NCBI GenBank assembly: GCA_964276515.1
Contig: OZ193910.1
Location: forward strand, 8,742,001-8,806,000
Length of the DNA stretch: 64,000 bases
DNA from: Gordius albopunctatus
Taxonomy: Eukaryota
Reading direction: 5' to 3'
In this document: piece after piece, positions 26,153 to 38,600 of the stretch
Layout of the letters: every line of letters begins with the position of its first letter
How positions within the stretch are numbered: position 1 is the stretch's first letter
The notes under the pieces: model-generated
Told to the model about the DNA's origin: nothing
The model's database searches: none
The model's input: the letters and a program-made list of their open reading frames with translations, nothing else
Made by a program: the position numbers and the translations under genes

Positions 26153-26337
26153 TTAGAATCCGAGATCTCGCCGACAAATCTCGTATCGTCTCGTCTAGTC
26201 TCAAGTTCTAAATTCTCGTCTCGATCTCGACCCAATTAATCAAAGTCTCGCATCGTCTCGGTTTTTCGAGGCAAGACGAGACTAGATCGAGATATTTCGC
26301 GGATTTTCGGCATCACTATTGCACTTGGAAACAATAT
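26153..26337. mobile_element. Fragment of hAT-type MITE with TCTCG repeats
   Basis: Many tctcg/cgaga motifs ending in catcacta (TAGTGATG-type terminus). Confidence 0.5.
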
Positions 26338-26623
26338 TTTTGGCTTTGTAAAAATTTGACTTGCCAAAATAGTCAACGTTTGTCATCCATAGCCCTAAAT
26401 AAGTTTAACCACGTTATACCATATTGATTAAGAAGTTCTTGCCCGTAATTACAAAAATTAAGATTTTATGATCTATATTTGCAAATCACTTTATTCTTTT
26501 TTCAATTATTTAGGCTGATAAATATACAAGATTTAAACAGTCATATATTAAAAACAATTTAAATGATATATGTGGCATAAATAAAATATAAAATTGTGCT
26601 GAGAATTTGAATAATGAGTGTGG

Positions 26624-29600
26624 TCATTTAGGCGGAGAACCGTGTGGATAATTTAGGAAAAAAAACAACGAAGATTTGTAGTTATTTCTATTTTCGCAGC
26701 ACGTTGGTTTTGATAGCCAAAATAACAGTTGCAAAAGAAATAAAACTATCAGACAATATTTGATGCATCTCGATAATCTTGTAACTCTGGGAGAGGAGAT
26801 TCTATACAACACGTAAATCAAATATGTTTAAAAATTATATATATATTAATCATTAACGTAAATTATAAAAAAATTGATTCCGTTATATTAACAATTTTTT
26901 TGCGAATCTTTTATGGCATACTTCTTAAAGCTTCTATTTAATACACAAATCAAATCAAGCAGGTAAAATAATATATATTTAAGGATATAATACTCATCTT
27001 TTTTCAAACAAAATGATAAACACACTTATAACATTTTTAAATTAATACAAAATAAATTGCATAACAATTAATATTAAGGAATAAAAAATAATATACTTTT
27101 TGACAGATAACTATCTCTAAAATTCCAATCTTACTTAGATTTAGAATGAATGTATAAGTAGCCGGTTTAAACATACAAAAATTGTTATTTAACATTCGTA
27201 AAGAAAATTTATTATGTTTCTAATGATTTTCGAATAGAAAAAATAAAATAAAGTACACAGCATTGATAAATTAACTAAATTAAAAAAAGATTATGTGAAT
27301 GAAGTTCTTAGTTAAGATTATAGAAATTATTCCAAATTCGCTTAAAAAACAATTGAAAATTGATAATAGGGCTTGAAATTAAAATCGAAAAAATATATAT
27401 TTCGTTGAGGCGAGTGGGGTTAAGTAGCTCCTTTCTTGATTAAAATTATAAATAACTCGATTTTATTAAAATATGCGGTTAGGATTTCTAAACAATATAA
27501 AACATATAAAATCATTTACCTAGTAAGAGTAAGGAATGAATTCAGATTTGTGCCGTTATTTTTCCTTAATTTCTTAAAAAAATTAATAAAGGTTAATTTA
27601 TACATGAAATTAATACCTTTGTTTCAAAATTATCCACTTGATTTATATTGGCTAGAGACTGATCGATTCTGAAAAATAAATTTTATAAAATTGTTTAAAG
27701 ATATTATATTATATTACTTGTGGAAACCATCAAGGCATGTATCATCTAGATTTTCTGAAGTTTGATTTTTAAATCTTTTAATGTTTGATGAGCGATGCAA
27801 TTTTAAAAAGCCCTACGGGAAATATTATTAATTAAAAAAATAGTTACTTCAGACGCTGCACATTTTTGTCGATTGATTTGCTCTAAGCTAGTCACATTAT
27901 CCTTATGTTCAGGTACTTTTGAAACAAAATCCGAATTTATGATGGCGGTTTTGGTATTTATTGCTAATTGTTGATTTTGAGCGAAATTATTTTCAAGTTT
28001 ATAACATAATTGACGCCAATGATCGCATAATATAAAGGTTTGATTTTTTTCTTCCTTCGTTAAATTATAATCGGAAATGGAGTCGACAACGGTTTGTAGA
28101 AAACTTAGATGAATTTGGCATACACCGATAAATTTGGACTATTTCAAAACAAATAATCAAAAATTGTAAACCCATATTTCGAATATAAAAGATACAAAAT
28201 GTTTTTGAAAATGCATTAATTAAGCAATGACTCTGGACAATGGCACCTAATTTCATACTAAGATAGTTAAATAACATAATAAGGAGTTTTTGAAACAAAT
28301 AAAAACCTTTAATATTATTAAAAATCGATGCGTGTAGTTTAGAATGAACTAGGCATAGGTAATCAAAATTTTGCGATCGTAAAATGCCATAGTAATTACT
28401 AGAGTTGTTAAATTGCTAACTTTCTTCAAACTCCAGACGCGAGCACGCACACTGAGTTGCTTAATATGCGCGTTAGCACAATATGTGCTCGCTTTTGGTG
28501 CACTAGGCAGAGCAGTAGCATATAAAAATGCTCGAGGGCCGAGCAAAAACTCGAGCAGATGGTAGCTGGAGTTGAAGAAAGTTAGCAATATAACAACTCT
28601 AGTAATTACCAATATTTTGATTAAAATTTCATATTTAAACTTTAACACAATTATACAACAAAAGACCTATAATATAAGCAACTCCAAAAATAAACATGAT
28701 GCATTAAAGGTAACTTAAGCCTATATAATGCATTTTAAGATAATTAACACACAAAATACGGCTTTCAGGGCTAGATTATGCAATTCGCATTCCCCCCTGG
28801 ATATTTATAAGGCTAAGGTCGGATTGCCATATTAATTTTTTAAATAATCTCATTAATATTTTATGAGGAAGGTTTTTTTGCAAAGTGTGAATAAATTTCT
28901 AAACGATTACGAATAAAGGAATGTACTTTTGTATAAAAGACTTTTTAATTCTTTGACGCTTTGTATATTGTTTGAAACAAACGATATCTAATACTTTATA
29001 CATAATTATTAAAACTCGATCCTTCTGATCTAGGGTCCGTTTGTTATTTTATTTTGTGTTAAGTTTCAAATCAAATTTCTTATACACTTCTTCTAGCAGC
29101 AGTAGTTTAGTTGCTCGGCAGTTTTTTCTTTTTTGCGATTTACATTAGAAACGGCATAAGAATTGCAAATTAACTAATATACATTCATTAATAGCGAATT
29201 AAAGGCTGTCTAAATTAATTTGATAAATTACCAATTTTTGGTTAATATTGATATCGTCATTTGGAGAGTTCTTTGATTCATAATAATTGCACATGTACTT
29301 TACATCCCTCAAATCCTTTTTCGATAATGATAATAATGAACGCAAGTCTTCGAGCTCATCGTCGGAATCTAACATCAACACAGAGTCAGGATACGAGAGA
29401 TCTTCGTGAGATTTGGATCTTTTCTATAAATAAATTATTATAGATTTTGATAATAGAATAAAACTTATATCAACAATTTCCTAACATAAAACGCCTTTTG
29501 AGCAAAAATTAAGATACAACTGAAATTTGTATCTGATAATATACCGTGTCTTATGCGTTAAATCAATGGGTTTTATTAAAAAATATTTTTGATTAATAGA

Positions 29601-32600
29601 TGATGGACATAAGTAGGGTTAAGCAGAAATATTTTTGATAAAAACTAAGCGAATTACATGAATTTATTGATAATGCTCTTATAATAGTTTTTTTCGACAG
29701 TTCTTAAATTTGACATTCGTGCGTTAAGACTATATCAAAAGTAAATCTTTGGTAAATATTAAAATGCAAAATATACAACCTTTTCTCAAGATATAAAGCG
29801 GCAGAGATAAAAACTTTTTTTAAACTAAAAATGTAAATTTTGATAATAATTCCCTTGAAGTAAAGAATTTGTACAGAAAAGACATTTTGTCTCATGAATA
29901 ACTGAAGTAATAATAAGGAATTATTATAAAAAAACGGGTATGTTCAGGGGTCATCAGTCCCAGGTACAAAAACAGTAAATTAAAATATCATTAAAATGGT
30001 CACAATACCTTTTTATTTAGGCAAAATTTTTTAAGATTCCCGAGCGTTTTTTTATACCGGGAATATGAGTAAACTGTATCTTCATCCCGTCCCTCATTAG
30101 AATCCGTATGAGGATACAAGGGTGCCTAAAACAAATTTAGCTAACTTTATTATATATATATTAGTCATATAGCTTGTAAAAAGGATTTACAAAAACAAAA
30201 AAATCATAACTTTTCCTATGCAATTTTATATTATCTGAAGGCTTATAAATCGGTATATATATTTAATGACGCCTCAAAATGCAAAATACTTGATAAGGGT
30301 CCCACATAAATTCCGAATATTCGGATGATGATTTATCGGTTGGGTCGTTTGTATAAGATACCGGGACTCGCTTCTTGCCTTGCAATTATAATAAAATAAC
30401 CTAAAGCACATCATAAGATATACCTGAAATTTTGTTTGATCTGATGGAGGAATAAGAGGGACTTATGGTGGTCAGATATTCAGGCGTGAACCATTGATTC
30501 TGATTCGCGGTAAAAGAATCGACTCCAATAAAATTATCGTTATAAGAAGCATTTGTTTGTTTATGTGAAAGTAAGTAGTCATCATTCAATAGGCTATCAA
30601 CAACCGTTTGTAGTGGTGCGTTCGGGTTGTCGAGCTGTGATATTTGTTGTTTGTAACTTGAAGTACTCGAACATACATCCGATTTATAAACTTCGTCTAA
30701 TAACTTTTCAAAAACCAAGTCATTATTGCGCCTATCATACGAATCTATTAATCGAATGTAGGCGTTATTATCATGCTTATCACCCTTAAAGCTGTTAACA
30801 TATCTGATAAAATTCAAAAAAGACGTCCTACGTTGGTTTTGAAAGGCGATATTATTTTTGACATATTTTTCAAACTTTCGATTTTTATAATTCAACAAGT
30901 GGAGTGGTAGATGAGGCATCCTTTTCGCGATTTTCTTTTTGTTCGCGTTCAATTTTGTTGATATGGAAGACCCTTCACCGCTAGCATCATCCAATGCAAT
31001 AATGCCCCCAATGTCATTTTTCCTTTTTCTATCTCCTCTTTCATTTCGTCGAGTAAAATGTTTGGTGCCAGAAACGGGGATCCCTTTCGATTTTAAATTT
31101 TGATTAGATGTGGCATGTTGATTTGGATATGGGAACGTGCATGTGAGGTTTATTTGTGCACGGGGTTTTGTGGTTTTGATACGGAAGTTTTTGTCTTCGT
31201 TATGCTTCTTAACGATAACTTCCTCGAATTTTTCCTCCTTTATTAGAGAACTTTCTTCTTTGGCAACGAACCTTACGTTGCCAAATAATGGAATATAGGG
31301 GGGAGATGTACATTTGTAGGAAGAGTTATACCGTGAACCTTTTGCGTCGTTGTAATGAGGAGGGTAGTGGTAAGAATTAGAATAGCTATCGAAATAGGAA
31401 GTAGGACCGTGCAAACTTTCATATTCGGTCTTAATGTGTGATGTAGATCTATTCGTCGTTATGGTAGTTGTATTGGTAGTAATTAAAGTGTCATCTTCGT
31501 GATCATCCTCATTACATCGCCCATTATCGATCAAATTTTGGGTGCGCTTCCTCATGGGGCAGTTTGATTCCACGATCCCATCTTTATTACAATTAAATGT
31601 TTCACTGGACCGTTGATTAGACCACAAAATTAGGCGCTCTTTCGTGAGGCTCAAAATATTGTTGTTAAAAAGACCGTTCGTTTTGCACAAATAAACATTG
31701 GCTAAGGTATCATCGCGCAAACGATAACTCTCGATTGCACAATTTTGATAAAACGTTATCGGATCATTATCATAAGTACTGCCACCGGCGGCTACGATCG
31801 AACGCTTAGGATAGGCGTTGTCGAGATGGGGCAGCTCTCGCTCGTTTGGACGTAAGAGGTTGTGGTAATCATTAAATTTCAAGTGATACGATTTGGCCTG
31901 TGCGTTACAATTCCAAAATAGTATATATAATTGTAATATAACTGTATATTAGGTTATAAAATCGATAATTATTCTCCCAAGACTATGACCTTGAGTTGTG
32001 TGTCATGATAATAGATGTTCGTCAAAATATGCATAATAGAGATAAATGTATGATGTTTCAGTTTAAATTATCTACACAAATCTGATATTTAAAGTAAATT
32101 TAATATAGCGATTATTTATATTTTCTCCACCCCATCCCTCGCATTTTTAATATATTATGCTTGCGACTAGCAACACTTTATTTGATATATAATTTAATGC
32201 TATTGCGTTGCCCAAAAATATAACCTTACTAAAAAATTTGATATATAATGTTAATAAAATTAAATTTTACGTAATTAGTATAGAAAAACTATGGGAGTAA
32301 AAATAGACCTCAAAAAACGAAATATAGCGATTCAAATGCTCGGCGTCGTTAATATTCGATAAATAGTTTTAAAGTATTTTCGTTTTCCATCGAAAGAAAG
32401 CCTCGGGGAATGTGAATGGCTTGCAAAATTTACCTTTATCTTAGATTCCACGATTAGAATTAATTCGAGGGAAAACAAACGAATTTTGTTCCAACGACTT
32501 TCCAAAAGCTTAGCCAAAGTAGCGATGGTCTGTTCATCATCGGAGCAATAATAATATTTATCGCCTCCTTTGTCCTTGTTAATTGCGAGCGGGAGGAATA

Positions 32601-35600
32601 TTTTCCTTTGTGGCGAACAATGGGTGATAGATCGAGGGGACCTGGGCAGCACCACACATGGTGTTGTACTCGATGAAATAGCAGGTAGCAGGGGGGGAAT
32701 GAGGTCGTTGTCGCAACTACTATCGCGCCACGCTTTACCCGTTATCATCTCTTGATATTTTAAACAACGAAATATTAGGGCTGAAACTTTGACATTTTGT
32801 GATATCACGTTCGTCTTGTGGAACTCCTGCCAGGCAAAGAGAAAATGGTATTATTATAAAACAACATTGTGGTGAGGCATAATAGGGCGAGCGTGCAATT
32901 ATATCTACGCTACATCGAATGATTTCTCTAAAGTAATCAACCTGACCCCATTTCTCGCAGCATTAAAATTGCGATTAATTTAAGGAAAATTAGATGCACG
33001 GCATGCGCGGGTAGCGATATTGCCAAAACAGGATAAATATAGAATACACCTCAAATAACTAATAATTCAAAAGTTCACGCTCGTAAATATTTTAAGTATC
33101 AAGTTTATGTCAACTATTGCTAAATTTTAAAATAATAAAAATTAGATCTAATTTTATTGTTACTATAGATCAACAAATATCAATTATACAAGAATGTTCC
33201 ATAGCGTGTATAAAACATAGTTAGCCCAAAATGCCTATTTACAGTTAAAACCAAATTAGCCAAACAGTTTTCTACGTATTTATTAGATTTAGGACAGTTT
33301 ATATATCAATTGTAAGATTATAAAATATTTTGTACATATGTGAACAATAATGGTAAATCCTCAATTTTATAAAGAGCTTTCTTTTAAATTTACATGTCGA
33401 TTAACGCTATGAAATTATTAATTAAAAAATAAACTTAAAAAAATATTAAAAAACTAAAAATACGTACAATTAAAGATTTCACGATAAAATCCAATGCACT
33501 TAACGGTAAATATATGGTGTATTAAGGGAGGGATAAAAAAAACAAAGGGGTAATTGATATAATTGCTTTAACATTAAATGATTGTTTGATCTCAGGTTAT
33601 TGATTTTATATACGCGTGAATGCAAGAAATTGGATATAGAAGAGGAGCATTGTCAAACGATTACATGACCTTAGGGAAACTAGATTTGCACATTGTATCC
33701 TTTACTTGATACGGGTGATTGAATAATAAATTTTAAACAATTAAAGCAAACATTCGTTTTTTTGAATCTGGTGCAAAATGTAATATGTGCAAAATCTAAT
33801 AATGTAATATTCGCATTTTAGAAATTGAGACCTGTTTTCACGCATATTCATACGCATGTAATATGTACTAAAAAACTACGTAATAAAAGGATACTATAAT
33901 TGTTAATTGAAACAAAATAAGTTATATCAAAATGTATAATACTATTTTATAAATAAATACATATTATCAAATAAATCACTAAATCTAATCCTAACCCTTG
34001 CCTATATTAGATTTTGCACAGAAGTGGTTTTTTTCACTGATGCAGTTTTTGTAATGAAAAACGCAGTTATGATGATATTAAAAAAATATGCGTGTTTGTT
34101 AATATCAAAGAAATAGTTAAAACAGGGGCGTAGAGGCGCATTGGGTATAGGCCTTGTCTTTGAAACGGGAGTTCGCGCATTAAATCCCGCTTTTGGCACC
34201 TTCTTCTAACGGTTAAAAATATCTCACATAAAGCTGTGAGGGAGGAATCGCCTAAATTCACCGCCCCTTCAACTCTCCTATAAGAAAGCACACAATAAAA
34301 GTGATGAAAGAGGAAGGGTGTCCTCATTAGACGACGCGCAGTAAGCGCCCCCGTCCCCGTATCAAGTGAAAAGTCAACGAGGGTCACTACACCTTCCCCA
34401 AACGGATATAGTTAAAGAAACTAATAAAGACGTGATCAAGAGGCTCGCTTAATTGAGGAAAGATGACTGCAAAATGCCGAGAAGTTGCTGAAACTTTTAG
34501 CAAACGATGGGTCGATATAGCATGTATACAAAAAACAAGATTGATAGGATTGAAAGCAAAAATAACACGGCTCAACAAAAATATCAACCAAACTGTTTGC
34601 AGATTCCGGTAGAGTTTTTCACTGTGAACTCAAATATGTTTGTAGTTTTTTTCTTATAGGTCAAGTTTTTTAAATACTCGCTTGTCAAAGTTTCCAAAAA
34701 CAGCGGCTTTTTAAACGTGAATAACTTGGAAATTAATCGGTAAAAATTTTATTTAATAGGTCTAATTCGTAGATAAAATGGAGAGGAATGTATTTACAAG
34801 TTTTTTAATCCCAGCACATTTACTTTTTAAATTATATACAAAATAAACTTATCCCTATCTTTTTTACATTGACAAATTACCCCAGACTTGAGGTCTCCTT
34901 AGCTTCTCTTTAACACAAGGAATTAAGTGCGTGTTGTTGTTATCTACTCTAGAGATCTGCACGAGCAGGCCCGCGGGCGGGTACGGACGGGCTTTGTATC
35001 GTAAAATTTTTAACGGGCGCGGACGGGCTTAACAATTTATGGATCGGGCTCGGGCGGGCCTGAGATTTTTTAAACGGGCCTGATGTTTTATAAACGAGCT
35101 TGAACGGACCAGAGATTATATAAACGATAAAATTGCAAAGGTCCTTAAAAGTCAGACAATTGTATAAATACAAATTAAGGCGATATAATTTAATAAATAT
35201 TTTTGTTTCAATCTAAAACTTAGGTGCATTGACTGATATAAATTAACCAAATCAATGTAAAGTGCTTATTGAAAGTTGAATATTTTCGTGTAATTTTATT
35301 AAAGTATTTTAATTTAATGGTAACACTGACTTAATAGAGACCTGCAACGGGCCTGTTTAGGCCAACCCGTAATAAAAATTTAAAAGCCCGGCCCGGCCCC
35401 GTCAAAATATTAAATTATAAGCCTGGGCGCGGCCCGCTGAATTTATACAAAGCCCGGCCCGGGTGTGTAAAATTCTTTTATTTTTTATATTTTTTTTTAT
35501 CTATATGGTAAATAATATGTATGTGTTAAAAATGTTAATAAAAATATTGTAAAAATAAAATATTTGTGATTCCCTATCTGATTAAATCTTATATCTTTTA

Positions 35601-38600
35601 ACAGGCGACCTTAGAGACCTGCACGGGGTTCGGGTTGAAAAATTTTAAAAAATTTGGGTCGGGTCGAATTTGGATTGAAAAAAGTTTGCAATTCTAGGTG
35701 ACTTACAGATAAAATAATTTTTTACAAATAGCACTTCGGTATACATAAACTATATAAGCCAAATAGACTTTTAAAACCCTTACCACCATTATAGATTTTT
35801 AGGTTATTGATAAAAATAAAAAAACAGTGATATTTTACAAAAGTAACTTGAAGAAATATATTTTAAATTTTGTTTTTAAATTTGGTAATGAGTATATATA
35901 TAAATAATCTTACATAATATTAAATTAATTCACTCAATATTGCTAGAGGGTATAAATGGGGAGGCAAGGCTGGGCAGCTGCCCCCCCCTCCAAATCGAAA
36001 AATTCTTGATCTAAAAAACATTTTTTATCCTACCTAAATGCCCTCTAATTTAAATTGGCCATGCCCATGGGATCTCGTGTATAAATATCTAACATTTACA
36101 ATGCAGGTTGAGATATTGATGAATTAATGAACTAAGATGTAGATAAAATTTAACTTTCCTGGTTAATTTAATATACATAAAATAATTATAAATTAGAACA
36201 TTATAAAAACACCTTCCTTTATGCTATATCTAATTATTTTTGTCACGGACTTTTAACGGGCCTTATGTTTATCTAGGCCCGGCTTGAGCTCGTTAAGTTA
36301 TATTACGGCCCGTCCAGACCCATCCGCGGGCCGGGCCATGCAGGTTTCTAATACCGAATTCTAACTCCTTAGGTGTATTAACTTAAATTAATCAAATAAA
36401 AGTAAATTGTTAAAAGTGGAATATATTCTTGTAATTTTTTATAGTAACCTAAATTATTATATTGAAATTTTTTATGTGTAATAACTACAGAAATAATTGT
36501 TGATTTATTATTTTTACATGATAATTATTGATATTTTTATCAATATGTCATAAAATAAAATTATGCTAAATTTTTGATGAATGGAGCCTGGCGCGGAGTT
36601 CTTTTAAAAAAATTTGAGGACGGGCTCGGACGGGCCTTGAAGTTTTAAAAATGGCCCGTTGCAGATCTCTAATCTACTCTACGTCTACCACTACATTTAC
36701 ATTACTACCACTACTGACAATTGTTGATGCCAAGTATTAAAATCTTATCTTATTCAATTCTTCCTATATTCGCTTATACAAAATATTTCATAAATCATTT
36801 TTTGCAGTATTTATTTTTTTGCTCCCCTCCCCCTGCAAGTAAGTGCATCAACTAAGCTTTGGGGTCAAAAGAGGGTGCGAGTAGCCATGCGTAACGCTTA
36901 GCCCTGGAACACCTCCCTTTGGGTGACTTCTTTTTAAAACAAGATTTCAATAACATTCGCCGCATAGCTTTCATATATGATTTTATCAATATATTTCCTA
37001 AATACACCATCTACATCATTTTAAGTTAAGGATGCCCTTCGATTTAGAAATTTTGAGTGTTCTTCCTTGAATCCGCCAAAGGGATCCAACAAGGCGACCC
37101 TCTAGGGCCCCTTTTATTCTGTTTGGCTATAACTAATTATAAAATTAACAAGCATAGTAAATTCACCCTTAATGTCTAGTATCTATATGAATGAGGCCAC
37201 TCTTATCGGCACTCACGAAAACCTATCCAAGCACTAGATGTAATGGTAATCCATGCCCTTTTCCTCACTTTAAGCTTATTAATTGCTATGAAATTTATGG
37301 GCTCGCTTTTCGTTGTCCGTCCGTTCAACATGTATCTTAATTGCTGGTTCGAATCCCGGAGACGGTAATTTTTTTAATTAATATATTGTTCTTGTTAATA
37401 CCATTGATTATATGACTTTTTCACCGTGTCCTGGCTACTGACCAGTGAAAAGAATGGCTATTGGCCAAATTGTGATTCAATATTTTTTTTTCGTTTTCTG
37501 AATTGCTATATTAGGTTAACATTGATAATTACCTATGCCCACCCCCTACAAAGGCCTATGCATCTACTGATAGTGGTCCCTGTGCCCCCCCCCCTACAAA
37601 GGCTTATGTCTCTACTGATGTGGGTACGAATCCCGAAGAGGGCATTTTTTTTCATTTTTTTTAAATTAATATATTGTTCTTGTTAGTACCATTGATAATA
37701 TGACTTTTTGACCGTGTCCTATCTACTGACCAATGAAAAAATGACCATTGGTCAAAGTGCATCAATTTTTTTCCTATATTTTAAATATAAGCTATTTGGC
37801 CGTTTGCTGGCTACTGACCAATAAAAAAATGGCCACTGTCCAAAGTAAGATTAAAATTCAATTTTTTATCTAGATTATATATAATTATTGGCCAGTCTGC
37901 TGGTTATTGACCAATGGAAAAAATGACCACTGGCCAAAGTGAGATTAAAAACGATTTTTTTCTAGATTCTAATTATAGGATAGTTATTTGGCTATTAGAA
38001 AAAATGACCACTGGCCAAAGTGATGGAAAAAATGACCAATGGCAACGGTCTGATTGGAAATTTTTTCGTTTTTTTAATATCTTGTTTATACTATACATAT
38101 GCGCATAATTTGAATAGAGGCTATAGTATGTTTAAATTTATACAGTATCAAAAAAACTCAAATGAAAGTTGTATGTTTTGGAAGGATGACTATTGGCTTT
38201 TCCAAGGTCATACCCTCTATTTGCGTTCCATTCGTCATTTTGATTAATTTAGAAGTTGATAAATAAGAATGGATGAAAGAAAACTCTATGAAATGAGAAT
38301 CTCAATTTAGGAGTTGACATTCCATAATCATATGGCCAAAAAGATTTGGATGCAAGTTTGGTGTCACGGCCCGTTGCATACCTTGTCTCGACATGCGACG
38401 CCTAACAGCATTGCAATCTTAGGTCATTGGCTTTTGAAAAATCATGACTTGAAGCTTACCGTAGCAAGTTTTCGGGAATGCTCTTAGATAACCCCATTCT
38501 GTCCTTCAACATAACCCTCCTTTTGGGCTGTAAATACACGTCACCATACCCCTGCCGGCTTTGTAATTCGCTTGTAGATGAGGAAGCGCGTCACACTCTG

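Noticed and set aside
28990..29175. Possible extra exon of the KASH gene
   Set aside because: Candidate acceptors hit stops in the required phase, and exon 29232 joins 28138 cleanly.
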